Below, one piece after another: positions 7,563-17,855 of a stretch of 56,276 nucleotides of DNA. The first letter of the stretch is position 1; the number at the start of each line of letters is the position of its first letter. Made by a program: the position numbers and the translations under genes. The stretch is from NCBI GenBank assembly GCA_964446625.1, contig CAYUPH010000006.1:1-56276 (forward strand), given 5' to 3'. The notes beneath the pieces were generated by a model. That model was given only the letters and a program-made list of their open reading frames with translations. It was not told the DNA's origin and did not search any database. This stretch comes from an uncultured Candidatus Saccharibacteria bacterium. Its GTDB lineage: Bacteria; Patescibacteriota; Minisyncoccia; Phycocordibacterales; CAIRYW01.

Positions 7563-9551
7563 TTAGATTTGCTTGAAGAAGTAGAGGTCAATCTCGGGAA
7601 AATTCTTTATTGACTCATCAATGTACTTTTTGAGGTCTTGGCTTCCTGGAACTTCTGGATTTACTTGAAGCCCTTTATCTGCCCACTCTTTTGCTTCTTT
7701 GAATTTTTGAGCGTAAAGGTACGCAACCGCTTTCATCCAGTACGGCTGAGGCGCCTCTGGTACAAGAGCAATTGCCCTACCCAGCACTTCTTGCGCTTCC
7801 CCTAGTTTATCTTCCCCTAGGAGCATGTAGTAGATTTTAATATCAGCGTAGTTAAGGAGTGCGCGGAAGTTTCGTGGATTTTTGTCTGTATATTCTTTGT
7901 ACTCTTTTTCAAAGATAGCAAGCTCAGCTTTGAGGCCTTCTACTTTCTTTGCATCAGAGAGGATTTCTGGGTGCTCCGAAATACCTCGCTCAAAGTCTGT
8001 CCATGTTCGCCAAAGTACGGCCTGTAAATCAACGGGTGTAGCAAAGAGGCGTGGATAAAGTGCAGTTCGTTTTGCAGAGTTACCTACCGCTCGGATTTCA
8101 CCGTTGACGATTCCTGAATCAATAAAAGGAATAACTTTAAAGAGAAGCGACCAAACTGAGAAAAGAAACAGAACTCCAGCAAAAATATATTTTATAAGCA
8201 AAGGAAGAATATACTCTTTCTCTCCGTCTTTTTCCTCTTGGTGAAGTACTACTACTAAAGCAAGAATGAGCGCGATAAAGGGAAAAGAAATTGATGTATC
8301 AAATCCTGTTTGAAGCTCTATAAGGTGTGCACCTAAGTAAACAAGAAGGAGAGATGCGAGCACACGGTTTTCTTTTTTACTACTTTGAAGTGCAACCTTT
8401 AGAAGAGAAAAAGCAGCAAAGATGTAAACAAGAATATACAGAAAGATTCCTACAGCACCATTTTCAAACGTTTCATCAATAAAAATGTTGTGTGATCGAT
8501 CAAACCATGTCTCCGCTCCATAGCGCTCCTCCATAATTCGACTATCGTAATTTAACTCAAAAGTCTTTTCAAAATTATCTTTACCGTAGCCTAGGAGTGG
8601 TTTTTCTTTTATTAGTTTTTCAGAGGACTCCCATACAAGAACTCGGGCACCAGTCGCTTGGCTTAAGTAGAACTTTCGGACGACTCCATTTTCAGAAAAG
8701 AGTGATACTGCAACCACACAGATAACAACAATACTTGCTAGGACTGTTCCGTACGCAATTTTAGTGCGTAGGGAATTGTTTTTTATCTTTGAAATGAGAA
8801 AGACATACAGAAACCCGACAAGGGAAACAATAAGTGCAAAAGCAGAAGCTCTCGACACTCCAATAAAAGAGAACAAACCTTTTGCTTCCGATTTAGCTAT
8901 ATTTAGAAAGAAGGGGTTAATGACAATGAGTATAAGCAAGAGCGAAGAGACAAAGCGAGGCAACTTTTTTGAAGCAAACAAATAAGAAGCAAAGAAAAAG
9001 TTTGCAAGAAGATACATTGCTGCAAATGTTGAGTTCCCTAAGGTAAATCCATCCATTGTATTTCCCTTAAAAAGAATACCAAAACCCGATGGACTCAGCG
9101 TTGCTAGAATCGAAAAGAGTGCTGCAGCGACAGAACTAACGATAAGTAAAGTATCCCTCTTTTTCTCATCTTTAAAAACTACAACAGCAAGAAGAAAAAA
9201 GATCGCTAACGCAATGAAATACCAAAGCCCTGTTGTTCGGGTAATATTTGAGTAAAAGCTCACCCCAAAGTTTCCTGAAAATATGGCAGGGACAAAAAGC
9301 CAAAGAAAATACAAAATAATTGATACTCCAAATGAAGACTTTAAGATTCCTACTCTATTTTCTTTTTTAAACAGTAGTAACCCCAAAATTAAACCGAGCA
9401 GATTTGCGACTAAGATTAGATTGATTGAACGAGTCGAACTCGGAAAGTAAAGAAATGAACTGTAGTTTAGAAAGGGAAAGATTCCGAAAAAAATAATAAA
9501 GACCCACTGTACTAGTTGACCAAACAGATTTTCTTTTTGAAGTTTTAGCAT
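7563..9551 (-). CDS. Polytopic O-antigen-ligase-like (Wzy_C) membrane protein with C-terminal TPR repeats
   Basis: More than 10 hydrophobic segments. WFDRSHNIFIDETFENGAVG resembles the Wzy_C motif. The C-terminal TPR-like region includes GEAQEVLGRAIALVPEAPQPYWMKAVAYLYAQKFKEA. The start is set at MLKLQ (9549-9551) because 9552-9584 overlaps the upstream terminator. Confidence 0.75.
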   Translation of the reverse strand: MLKLQKENLFGQLVQWVFIIFFGIFPFLNYSSFLYFPSSTRSINLILVANLLGLILGLLLFKKENRVGILKSSFGVSIILYFLWLFVPAIFSGNFGVSFYSNITRTTGLWYFIALAIFFLLAVVVFKDEKKRDTLLIVSSVAAALFSILATLSPSGFGILFKGNTMDGFTLGNSTFAAMYLLANFFFASYLFASKKLPRFVSSLLLILIVINPFFLNIAKSEAKGLFSFIGVSRASAFALIVSLVGFLYVFLISKIKNNSLRTKIAYGTVLASIVVICVVAVSLFSENGVVRKFYLSQATGARVLVWESSEKLIKEKPLLGYGKDNFEKTFELNYDSRIMEERYGAETWFDRSHNIFIDETFENGAVGIFLYILVYIFAAFSLLKVALQSSKKENRVLASLLLVYLGAHLIELQTGFDTSISFPFIALILALVVVLHQEEKDGEKEYILPLLIKYIFAGVLFLFSVWSLLFKVIPFIDSGIVNGEIRAVGNSAKRTALYPRLFATPVDLQAVLWRTWTDFERGISEHPEILSDAKKVEGLKAELAIFEKEYKEYTDKNPRNFRALLNYADIKIYYMLLGEDKLGEAQEVLGRAIALVPEAPQPYWMKAVAYLYAQKFKEAKEWADKGLQVNPEVPGSQDLKKYIDESIKNFPEIDLYFFKQI

Positions 9552-9583
9552 ATAAAAATTATAGAGCAAAAGCCTAAAAAACA

Positions 9584-9612
9584 AAACACCCCGCCTTGCG
9601 GCGGGGTGTTTT
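9584..9612 (-). terminator. Intrinsic terminator after the surface-protein gene
   Basis: aaaacaccccgcc ttgc ggcggggtgtttt. Confidence 0.8.
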
Positions 9613-9651
9613 AGAGATACTTAGCTTACGCTAATACTCGTCTCGCTTAGA

Positions 9652-11496
9652 TTAGTTAAGACCAACGTATGAAGTCTTGTAAGAATCTAGGTTTGAAGTG
9701 TATGAGTTGTAAGTTGCTGTATCTGTAGTGTTCCACTTGATAGCAGTAAGAGCTGCTTTGTACTGTCCTGCAGATCCAGCTGTTGGAAGCTGAACTGTCA
9801 CAACAAGTTCAAATGTTCGCTCTTCTCCTTCTTCGATAGTGTAGTTACCAGTTGTTGTTAGATCATCATCTGAAGATGAAGATGTATCAACCATAGTAAG
9901 TGTTCCAGAAACTCCACCTGTTGTAGATGTTCCAGATCGGTCTACTGCGAAGAGTGAAGCTGCTGCTCCAGATGTTCCAACTAGAGATGATACATAGATA
10001 GTGTCACCTTCAGCCTTTACCTTGAACTTGATCTTGAATGTACCAAGGTCATCGTTTGCAGACTGTCCAGTTGTAACTGAAGTATCAGTGCTCTTTAGAG
10101 CTACCTGGATTCCAGACTCTCGGAATTCTTGTGAATTTCCTAGAGCTGTTCCTGATTTCTCTGTAGAGTTATCAAGCTGATCTCCTTCTTCGTTTTCAAC
10201 ATCCATCATATCTCGGTTAGATGCAGTTACAGAAGCTGTAAGAGTATCTCCGTCATCAAGAGCACCGTCAGTGTTCTCAATGTCAGCAAGAACCTCGAAC
10301 TCTACTGTATCTCCAGCTTCGAGTGTGAAGTCAAGATTGTCGAAAGTAATTGTTGCTGCTCCTGTTGCAGTACTTGAAGCGATAGATTCTGTATACTCTT
10401 CGTCTCCGAGTTTAAGTGTTACAGATCCTGTAGCATCGCTAACATAGTTTCCTGATCCAGGTGTAAGTGTTACTGGGAATTCATCGATAACAACATCTGA
10501 CTTACCGTCAAGTTTCAATTTTCCTGTAAGGAGTGAAACATTGTCAGTTGTGTCTTCTGTGTCAACAAGAACTACTCCAGCTGTTGGTGTGTCAGAAGAT
10601 TTAGAAACTTTAAGTTCTGTATCTGCTGCTGTTCCAAAGCTTACGAAGTTAAGTCCAGCGTTTACTTCTCCAGACTCATCTTCTGTTGTAACAACTCCTG
10701 ATCCATCTTCGAATCGAACGTTAAGAACGTCAACTGACCATGAATCTGAGTCGATATCAGATGAATCAAATGAATTTACTCCATCAACTGTGATGTAGAA
10801 TTTCTCTGTTTCATCAGACTCAACAACTACATTTTTAAGTGTAACTGTTTTTGTGTAAGTGTCGTCGTCTTCTTCGTTGAAGTCGTCAACGTCAACTGAT
10901 CCTACTTCTTTGTCTCCCATCCAGATCTTAGCACCGTCGATGTAATCATCTAGGTGATCAGAATCTCCAGAAGCGTTTCCAGCTGGATCGAATTCAAGTT
11001 TAACAGATCGAATAGCGATATCTCCATCTCGTGAAGCTTCGATTTCGAAACCTGCTACTTTAACATCTTCTTCCCCTTCTCCTACTTCTTCATCATTGTA
11101 CTGAGAAAGTTTAGAGAAATCAGAGATTTCTCCATCTGTTCCTTCAAGTGAAGTTGAAGGTGAAGATGGATTTGAAGGATTTGAAGGTGTTGATGTTGTT
11201 CCTTCAGCTGCTACAGCTGCTCTTGTAAGAGGACCAAAGTATCCTGTTGCAGGAAGTCCTTTTGTTGCTTGGTAAGCTACTACGGCAGCTTTTGTTTGTG
11301 CTCCGAAGTAACCAGTAGCTCCGGCAGGGATTGAAAATCCTTTTCCGATGAGCCATGTCTGGAGAGCTGTTACGTCTGCTCCAGATGAACCCATAGTAAG
11401 GTTCATTGTAAATGTAGCTGCTCCTGCAGATACTACTAGGCTAAGCGCCAATGCAGCTCCTGCAAAACCAGATACGATTTTTGTAAGTTTACTCAT
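9652..11496 (-). CDS. Secreted acidic Ser/Thr/Asp-rich cell-surface protein with N-terminal peptidoglycan-binding (PG_binding_1-like) domain; S-layer-like candidate
   Basis: Signal peptide. GADVTALQTWLIGKGF...GYFGAQTKAAVVAYQATKGLPATGYFGPLTRAAV. The rest is acidic and T/S/D/E-rich. Codon choice looks distinct and biased (tct/act/gct/gaa/gat). It has its own terminator. Confidence 0.75.
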   Translation of the reverse strand: MSKLTKIVSGFAGAALALSLVVSAGAATFTMNLTMGSSGADVTALQTWLIGKGFSIPAGATGYFGAQTKAAVVAYQATKGLPATGYFGPLTRAAVAAEGTTSTPSNPSNPSSPSTSLEGTDGEISDFSKLSQYNDEEVGEGEEDVKVAGFEIEASRDGDIAIRSVKLEFDPAGNASGDSDHLDDYIDGAKIWMGDKEVGSVDVDDFNEEDDDTYTKTVTLKNVVVESDETEKFYITVDGVNSFDSSDIDSDSWSVDVLNVRFEDGSGVVTTEDESGEVNAGLNFVSFGTAADTELKVSKSSDTPTAGVVLVDTEDTTDNVSLLTGKLKLDGKSDVVIDEFPVTLTPGSGNYVSDATGSVTLKLGDEEYTESIASSTATGAATITFDNLDFTLEAGDTVEFEVLADIENTDGALDDGDTLTASVTASNRDMMDVENEEGDQLDNSTEKSGTALGNSQEFRESGIQVALKSTDTSVTTGQSANDDLGTFKIKFKVKAEGDTIYVSSLVGTSGAAASLFAVDRSGTSTTGGVSGTLTMVDTSSSSDDDLTTTGNYTIEEGEERTFELVVTVQLPTAGSAGQYKAALTAIKWNTTDTATYNSYTSNLDSYKTSYVGLN

Positions 11497-12112
11497 TTAT
11501 TTTTTAATTATGATCACTACTAACTAATAAATATTAATAATGTTAGTGATCGTTTATAACTTTGAAAGCTTCTGCACGAGAACCGCGTCGACGTCTCTGT
11601 GCATAGCTTAATGCACTCCATGAAATTAATTTTGAAAAAATTTTCATGAAGCACAATTGCGAAACTTGTTCGCAAATTCACTATCTTATTTTCCCTTTTT
11701 TTCGACGAGAAAAATAAGTTAGTTGTCGTGGTTTAGACTGTGTTCTATCTTTTCTATCGTGGTAGAAAATTGCTTCTATTCAGAAATATTTTATTTTCAA
11801 AGTTCAGGAAATCCAGAGAGTTTTGTCTTTCGGAAATGAACACAAAATTAAGTATTTCGCGTCCATACGGAGAATTATAAGACGGACCCTCTATGGTCTG
11901 CAAATTTGTTTGTGGATAAGTGTCTTTTTTTGAAATCTCACTGTCTAAAAACAGACTTGATTTGGACCAATATCCACGGGGCTATATTAGCATATTAAGC
12001 CCACCTTAGTCAATAAAATTAAGGAAATAAAAACATCATGAAACTAGTCTAAGAATCAGTAAAAGCAGGAAAAAAGAGTTCTAAAATAGCCTCCTATTTA
12101 CACCTCAAACCT

Positions 12113-12913
12113 TTAACTAAGCGAGTACCTGCTCCAACGCCTGTCACCTGTCTTTTTGATTGCTCCTTCCGCTAAGAGACTATTGAGCTCTCTTTGAATT
12201 GTTTTCTCACTGCAGTCTTTTATAGTCTCCGATATGTCCTTAATGGACAAGAACCCCTTCCCTTTTAGTACACCAAGTATCTCAGCTCTGCGAGAATTTT
12301 TGTCTTTAATATTTTCAAAAACCGGCTGTCCTTTTGAAAGAATTTTAGTTTCGTTTTTTTGCTGAACATCTTTTTTGGCTGGGTTATAAAGGACATTATA
12401 TTGTCCTTTATAGGAATGTCCTTTAGTAACTTCTTCCTCCTTCTTTGGGTTTTCAACAGTGAAAAAATCTGTATTTAAAATAATATTTCCTTTTAAAAAC
12501 ACATCTTCTCTCTTCAATTCTATCTCGCTCATAATCTTAGTAATTTCTGCACACATCACACCCGCGTTCATGAGGGACACTTCACCGAGCTTTTGAGCCG
12601 TTTCAAAAAGGACAAGCAGGTCTGCAAGACGAAGAAGAGTAGGGTTTTCACGAGAGGTCATTATGTCCTTTATCTCAGTTGGAAGTGCAATCTTAAGAGA
12701 CAATGTTTCTATTATTCCTTTTAAAGGACTCGTTTCCCTCAGAGTGCTCGCCACCATAAAAGATGCCTCTGAAACTCTTTTTAACTTCTCAAAGACATAT
12801 ACAAGGAATGAGTCCTTTACATAAATACTAGGAAGTTTAGCTCCTGTCTTTGAGATGTTTTGATTGTTGTTTTGAGGATTCATATAGAGTCTTTTATTTT
12901 GTCCCTTTATCAT
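12113..12913 (-). CDS. Hypothetical protein with C-terminal winged-helix DNA-binding domain (DeoR-like HTH)
   Basis: C-terminus LSIKDISETIKDCSEKTIQRELNSLLAEGAIKKTGDRRWSRYSL. Alternative start at MNPQNN (12883). Confidence 0.65.
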   Translation of the reverse strand: MIKGQNKRLYMNPQNNNQNISKTGAKLPSIYVKDSFLVYVFEKLKRVSEASFMVASTLRETSPLKGIIETLSLKIALPTEIKDIMTSRENPTLLRLADLLVLFETAQKLGEVSLMNAGVMCAEITKIMSEIELKREDVFLKGNIILNTDFFTVENPKKEEEVTKGHSYKGQYNVLYNPAKKDVQQKNETKILSKGQPVFENIKDKNSRRAEILGVLKGKGFLSIKDISETIKDCSEKTIQRELNSLLAEGAIKKTGDRRWSRYSLS

Positions 12914-12977
12914 ATAAAAGACATATTTAAAGTCAATTAACTCCTACTTGATTCGTAAGAGAAAAGCATTCTTTTAA

Positions 12978-12986
12978 TGCTATAAT
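12978..12986 (+). promoter_or_regulatory. Extended -10 promoter element (TGCTATAAT) for ftsK
   Basis: tgctataat lies 35 nt upstream of the ftsK ATG. A perfect DnaA-box 9-mer ttatccaca (13000-13008) lies between them. Confidence 0.45.
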
Positions 12987-13020
12987 ATTTAAGTATTAGT
13001 TATCCACAACCTCGTTACAA

Positions 13021-15219
13021 ATGGCATCACAAAAGAAAGAAATAAAAAATAAAGAGAGAAATCATGATCAGTATGAACGTCGGAAACATCTAAAAGACGA
13101 GACCCTTCAGAGCATCTTTGCAATCCTCTCTTTTATAGTAGGAATCTTTCTACTTATCGCTGCATTTCAAAAAGCTGGGGTTGCAGGAAACAAAATTTAT
13201 TCTGCCTTCCATTATCTTTTCGGTGTCGGATACTACCTACTCCCCATCCTCTCTTTTATTATGGGAATTGTTTTCATAAGAACAATAGAAAGAACTTTTT
13301 CTTATACAAAACTTATTGCTGCTTTTTTCTTTTTTGTTTCAGGTCTTGGAATCATCGAACTCTCTAGCAGTGGCTCGGGAGGTTTTTTTGGCAAATTTAT
13401 TTCAGGACCCCTAGTCTCTATGTTTGATGTCTACTTTTCTTTTATCACACTTAGCGCCCTTGTTGTTGTTTCACTTCTTGTTCTTTTTGAAACACACTTA
13501 AGGCAAGATTGGAAAAAACCATTTCTCCTTTTTGGTGGAAGCAAAGAGGAAGACGAAAAATCAGAAACTTTGTCTGAAAGAGAAGAAGAAGTCCTGAACA
13601 AAGCAACACCTCAAAAAGAAATTCAAAACGAAAAAATTGGAGCCCCACTTGTGCACGACATTATTGATACAAAAAAGAGAAAGGAAAAAGAGGAGGAAGA
13701 TTTTATTGGCACTGCGCAGCCGGTTTTACTTAATAAAGAGTACACTCCTCCCCCGCTTTCACTCCTAGAAGGTGACAAAGGAAAACCTGGAGTTGGAGAC
13801 ATTAAAGCAAATGCAAATATAATCAAAAGAACACTCCAGAACTTTGGAATCGTTGTTGAAATGGATGAAGTAACTATCGGTCCTACCGTCACTCGCTATG
13901 CCCTCAAGCCTGCAGAAGGTGTGAAGCTCTCTAAAATAGTAGGACTACAAGATAACCTAGCGCTCGCCCTTGCAGCACCTACAATTCGTATCGAGGCGCC
14001 GATTCCAGGAAAGTCTCTTGTAGGTATTGAAGTACCTAACACTTCTAAAACTACTGTAGGTCTCGGCTCTCTTATTGCATCTAAAGAGTTTGAAACTTCT
14101 GACAAACCTCTTCTTACTGCTATCGGAAAAGATGTTGGGGGTAAAGCTATCTTCTACAACCTTGCAAAAATGCCTCACCTCCTTATTGCAGGAACTACGG
14201 GGTCTGGAAAATCTGTTACCGTGCATGCTATCCTCACCTCCCTTCTCTATCGCAACAGCCCCGATATGCTGAAATTCATCATGGTGGACGCAAAGCGAGT
14301 GGAACTTACTCTATATAATAAGATTGCCCACCTACTTACTCCGGTTATTACAGACGCAAAGAAAACTATTCTCGCCCTCAAATGGGCAGCGAAAGAGATG
14401 GATAGACGCTATGATGTTCTCGAAAAGGAGTCAGTGCGAGACATTCATTCGTATCATAAAAATATTGTTGAGCCTGCACTAAAGAAAAACAAAGGCGTGA
14501 AAGACGCTGTGATGCCTGAAATCATGCCTTACATCGTGATCGTTATCGACGAGTTAGCAGACCTTATGCAAGCATACCCGCGAGAACTTGAAGCATCTAT
14601 TGTGCGCCTTGCACAAATGTCACGAGCGGTTGGAATTCACCTCATCCTTTCAACACAGAGACCTTCAGTAAATGTAATCACTGGTCTTATTAAAGCAAAC
14701 ATCCCGACACGAATTGCTCTCAAAGTAGGAAGCCAAGTGGATTCACGCACAATTATAGACAAAGCAGGCGCAGAAAAGCTTGTCGGACTCGGAGACATGC
14801 TTTTTGCTACACAGGATAACCCAGAACCAGTTCGTATCCAATCCCCTTATATTTCTGAAGGTGAGTTAAAGAGTGTTGTGAAGTACCTGATTGATTCATA
14901 TATAAACGAAGTTCCTTCTCTCGACATTAGTACACAAACTGGAGAAAATACTGAGCCTAATCCTATCTTTGGTTCTGGGTCTTTTTCGGACGGGAGCGAC
15001 GAAGACGAGGACGATCTATACGAAGATGCGAGACAAATAGTTATTGAAGCAGGAAAAGCATCGACTTCATATATACAAAGAAAACTCAGAGTAGGCTACG
15101 CCAGAGCGGCTCGTCTCATGGATATTCTTGAAGAAAAGGGTGTAATTGGTCCAGCAGACGGTTCAAAACCTAGGGAGGTTCTGGTAGAGCGTGGAGAAAG
15201 CGATGTACATATCGACTAA
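13021..15219 (+). CDS. ftsK: DNA translocase FtsK/SpoIIIE
   Basis: N-terminal TM segments. Walker A GTTGSGKS, then VIVIDELADLM. C-terminal gamma wHTH domain ASTSYIQRKLRVGYARAARLMDILEEKGVIG. Confidence 0.95.
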   Translation: MASQKKEIKNKERNHDQYERRKHLKDETLQSIFAILSFIVGIFLLIAAFQKAGVAGNKIYSAFHYLFGVGYYLLPILSFIMGIVFIRTIERTFSYTKLIAAFFFFVSGLGIIELSSSGSGGFFGKFISGPLVSMFDVYFSFITLSALVVVSLLVLFETHLRQDWKKPFLLFGGSKEEDEKSETLSEREEEVLNKATPQKEIQNEKIGAPLVHDIIDTKKRKEKEEEDFIGTAQPVLLNKEYTPPPLSLLEGDKGKPGVGDIKANANIIKRTLQNFGIVVEMDEVTIGPTVTRYALKPAEGVKLSKIVGLQDNLALALAAPTIRIEAPIPGKSLVGIEVPNTSKTTVGLGSLIASKEFETSDKPLLTAIGKDVGGKAIFYNLAKMPHLLIAGTTGSGKSVTVHAILTSLLYRNSPDMLKFIMVDAKRVELTLYNKIAHLLTPVITDAKKTILALKWAAKEMDRRYDVLEKESVRDIHSYHKNIVEPALKKNKGVKDAVMPEIMPYIVIVIDELADLMQAYPRELEASIVRLAQMSRAVGIHLILSTQRPSVNVITGLIKANIPTRIALKVGSQVDSRTIIDKAGAEKLVGLGDMLFATQDNPEPVRIQSPYISEGELKSVVKYLIDSYINEVPSLDISTQTGENTEPNPIFGSGSFSDGSDEDEDDLYEDARQIVIEAGKASTSYIQRKLRVGYARAARLMDILEEKGVIGPADGSKPREVLVERGESDVHID

Positions 15220-15650
15220 TGAGTAAGACACCTGCACAAAAAGCAAAATTCTGGGTACTGGTCGCTTTTTTTGGAATTTTTGTCCTCTATACCCTCTTTG
15301 AACTCTCGAAGGTTATATGGGGGCCGAGCCTTAAAATTGAAACCCCTACTAATGGCGCTCTTCTTTCAGAGAGCGCCTACACCCTAACCGGGACCGCAAA
15401 AAACGTCTCTTTTATATCGGTAAATGACAGACAAATCTATATAAACAAAGATAATCGCTTTACAGAGAAATTGATAGCCCTCCCGGGGTATAATATAATT
15501 AAGGTAGTTGTTCGAGACCGGTTCAACAAAGAGAAAGAAGAGAAAATAGAATTTTATTATGATGGAGGCGAAGAACCCCTTCCCCCAGAGACACCGGTTA
15601 TAGAGAATGAAACAAATGCTTCAAGCAGTTTACCATTAATAGAATCATAA
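15219..15650 (+). CDS. Membrane-anchored protein with a single beta-rich (Ig-like) ectodomain, function unknown
   Basis: One N-terminal TM. TAATG overlap with ftsK. No recognisable catalytic motif. Confidence 0.6.
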   Translation: MSKTPAQKAKFWVLVAFFGIFVLYTLFELSKVIWGPSLKIETPTNGALLSESAYTLTGTAKNVSFISVNDRQIYINKDNRFTEKLIALPGYNIIKVVVRDRFNKEKEEKIEFYYDGGEEPLPPETPVIENETNASSSLPLIES

Positions 15651-15656
15651 AATAGA

Positions 15657-16724
15657 ATGCAAAAGAAAAAAGAAAAAAAGGAGGACAAGAAAACAAATTC
15701 TGGAATTGAGGATACTCTGAAAGCGATCAAAACAAAATTTGGTGATGACTCAATCATGAAACTTGGAGACGCGCCAAAAGTTGAAGTGGGAGCAATCTCT
15801 ACAGGTTCTATTGGTCTCGATGAAGCACTCGGAATTGGTGGACTTCCAAGAGGACGAATTATCGAAATCTTTGGTCCAGAATCGAGTGGAAAGACGACTC
15901 TAACTCTCCATGTGATTTCAGAAGCTCAAAAACTTGGTGGTATCTGTGCCTTTATCGATGCAGAGCACGCACTTGATCCAGAGTATGCAAAGAGAATTGG
16001 TGTTAAAACAAACGAACTCCTTGTAAGCCAGCCAGACACAGGAGAGCAGGCTCTTGAGATTGTAGATTCACTCGTGCGAAGTGGAAAGATTGATGTGATT
16101 GTTGTTGACTCAGTTGCTGCTCTTACTCCAAAAGATGAAATCGAAGGAGACATGGGCTCACACCATGTAGGAAAACAAGCAAGACTAATGGCGCAGGGAC
16201 TGCGAAAACTGACAGCTATTGTCGCTAAAAGCAAAACAATTGTTATTTTCATCAACCAAATTCGAATGCAAATCGGGGTCATGTTTGGAAACCCTGAAAC
16301 CACTCCAGGAGGAAAGGCTCTTAAATTTTACACATCGGTTAGGCTCGATATAAGACGAATTGCTCAAATTAAAAAAGGTGAAGAAGTAATGGGAGGACGA
16401 ACTCGAGTAAAAGTCGTAAAGAACAAAGTGGCTGCACCTTTCAAGCAAACAGAGTTTGACCTTATGTACAACGAAGGAATCTCGAGAGAAGGAGAAATTC
16501 TCGCGCTCGGAGAAAAGATGGGACTCATTGCAAAAAGCGGAAACTCATATAAATACGGCGAAGAAGTCCTGGGAAGAGGTTACGAATCTGCAAGACAGTT
16601 CCTTCGAGAAAATAAAAAAGTCTCAAACGAACTTGTTGGAAAGATTCGGAAGTTTATGAAAGAAGAAGGGTTTGCTGTCTCTCCTACCAAGGCAGACTTA
16701 GAAGACGAAAAACCAGAAGAGTAA
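15657..16724 (+). CDS. recA: Recombinase RecA
   Basis: [68 protein letters not shown]. Confidence 0.97.
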   Translation: MQKKKEKKEDKKTNSGIEDTLKAIKTKFGDDSIMKLGDAPKVEVGAISTGSIGLDEALGIGGLPRGRIIEIFGPESSGKTTLTLHVISEAQKLGGICAFIDAEHALDPEYAKRIGVKTNELLVSQPDTGEQALEIVDSLVRSGKIDVIVVDSVAALTPKDEIEGDMGSHHVGKQARLMAQGLRKLTAIVAKSKTIVIFINQIRMQIGVMFGNPETTPGGKALKFYTSVRLDIRRIAQIKKGEEVMGGRTRVKVVKNKVAAPFKQTEFDLMYNEGISREGEILALGEKMGLIAKSGNSYKYGEEVLGRGYESARQFLRENKKVSNELVGKIRKFMKEEGFAVSPTKADLEDEKPEE

Positions 16725-16732
16725 AAAATAAA

Positions 16733-17449
16733 ATGTCTGAAAAACCCACACCATATGATCCGGATGGAAGTGTACTTGGAAGCATTATTGATGTAAAAGC
16801 AACGGTAGAAGTAGTTCACACTGGAGAAGCTCCGATAGATTCTTCCGAACCTTCTGGAGACTCAGAGACTACTCCTGCTCCAGATAATCCCTTAAGAAAC
16901 ACTTTTATGAACGAGTTGAATCGCACTGGTCCAGGATTTAACCATGAGCCACCCCGCAGCCCAGAAAAATTAGAAGAAGAAATTGTTAAATGTGTCCGGA
17001 ATAGTGGAATAAATGGTTTTGATCATTTTTTTAATGGTTTACAAAAACCAGAAGAAAGAGACTGTGCTCTTCAGATTGTAACCACTCTCACACCAGAAGA
17101 TATTGCAAGGTCGCTAGAAGTAGATATAGACAGAAATGTAGCAAGTGACCTTTCCCCTGATATTTTTAGCCCACTTCTTGCTAAATATAAGCATTATAAT
17201 ATTCCAGTAGGAAATGCACTTAATGCAGAAAATTCTCAAAGAGTACTGTCTTCGAAATTAGGTAGTGCAATATCATCAAAAATGGCCAAAGCAGAAACAG
17301 CTTGGAGCTTGTTTGGCGGAACCAAAATTAAACCCACTGAAATTGACAGGATTCGAAGTGAAATCACATTGGCACTAAATGAATGGGAGAAACTCGGAGT
17401 AAGTATTAGTCCTCATTTAGACACTCTTGAAGAAAGACTCAAAAGTTAG
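16733..17449 (+). CDS. Hypothetical protein (238 aa)
   Basis: Long ORF 8 nt after recA. No motif I recognise. Confidence 0.55.
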   Translation: MSEKPTPYDPDGSVLGSIIDVKATVEVVHTGEAPIDSSEPSGDSETTPAPDNPLRNTFMNELNRTGPGFNHEPPRSPEKLEEEIVKCVRNSGINGFDHFFNGLQKPEERDCALQIVTTLTPEDIARSLEVDIDRNVASDLSPDIFSPLLAKYKHYNIPVGNALNAENSQRVLSSKLGSAISSKMAKAETAWSLFGGTKIKPTEIDRIRSEITLALNEWEKLGVSISPHLDTLEERLKS

Positions 17450-17471
17450 TTAATACTATCTTTATCTTTGC

Positions 17472-17753
17472 TTGATACAATATTGCGACTGGAAGCGGTC
17501 ACTTCCAGGAGAGATGATACCCAATCATTGTGAAAGCGACTTCGCTTCACTACCCTCTCTTCTTAAAGAGAGAAGTGTGACACCAGGTATTATCCGCCTT
17601 TATAAAAACAATTTAAAAAACATGGCAGACGACAAAGATTTAGAACTTAGACGAGATGGCCAAGAAAGTGAAGAAAATGAAGGAGAAGACAATCCTGAAA
17701 TGACCGAAGCTTCTCCTTCAGAATCTGGAGATGAGGAGGAGGAGAAACAATAA
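17472..17753 (+). CDS. Hypothetical small protein with a strongly acidic C-terminus; start uncertain
   Basis: The track ORF starts at TTG. In-frame ATGs lie at 17514 and 17622. The C-terminus is EENEGEDNPEMTEASPSESGDEEEEKQ. Confidence 0.35.
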   Translation: MIQYCDWKRSLPGEMIPNHCESDFASLPSLLKERSVTPGIIRLYKNNLKNMADDKDLELRRDGQESEENEGEDNPEMTEASPSESGDEEEEKQ

Positions 17754-17790
17754 ATACAAATGAAAGTGCTTTGGGTTAAGACTCTACAGA

Positions 17791-17842
17791 ACAAACAAAA
17801 AACAAAGCGAAGCCCTCGGGCTTCGCTTTGTTTTTTGTTTGT
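17791..17842. terminator. Long bidirectional hairpin between convergent genes
   Basis: acaaacaaaaaacaaagcgaagccc / gggcttcgctttgttttttgtttgt. Confidence 0.8.
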
Positions 17843-17855
17843 ATTTTTTACCTTC

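Noticed and set aside
6630-13008. Three perfect DnaA-box 9-mers (tgtggataa at 6630-6638 and 11911-11919; ttatccaca at 13000-13008), all intergenic, two of them flanking the divergent 12113/ftsK region. Could this be oriC?
   Set aside because: There is no cluster of several boxes, no obvious AT-rich 13-mer unwinding element, and no dnaA/dnaN nearby. Gene orientation stays predominantly minus on both sides, so there is no replichore switch. More likely these are isolated regulatory or chance boxes. The one between the ftsK promoter and its ATG may still be a DnaA-regulated site.
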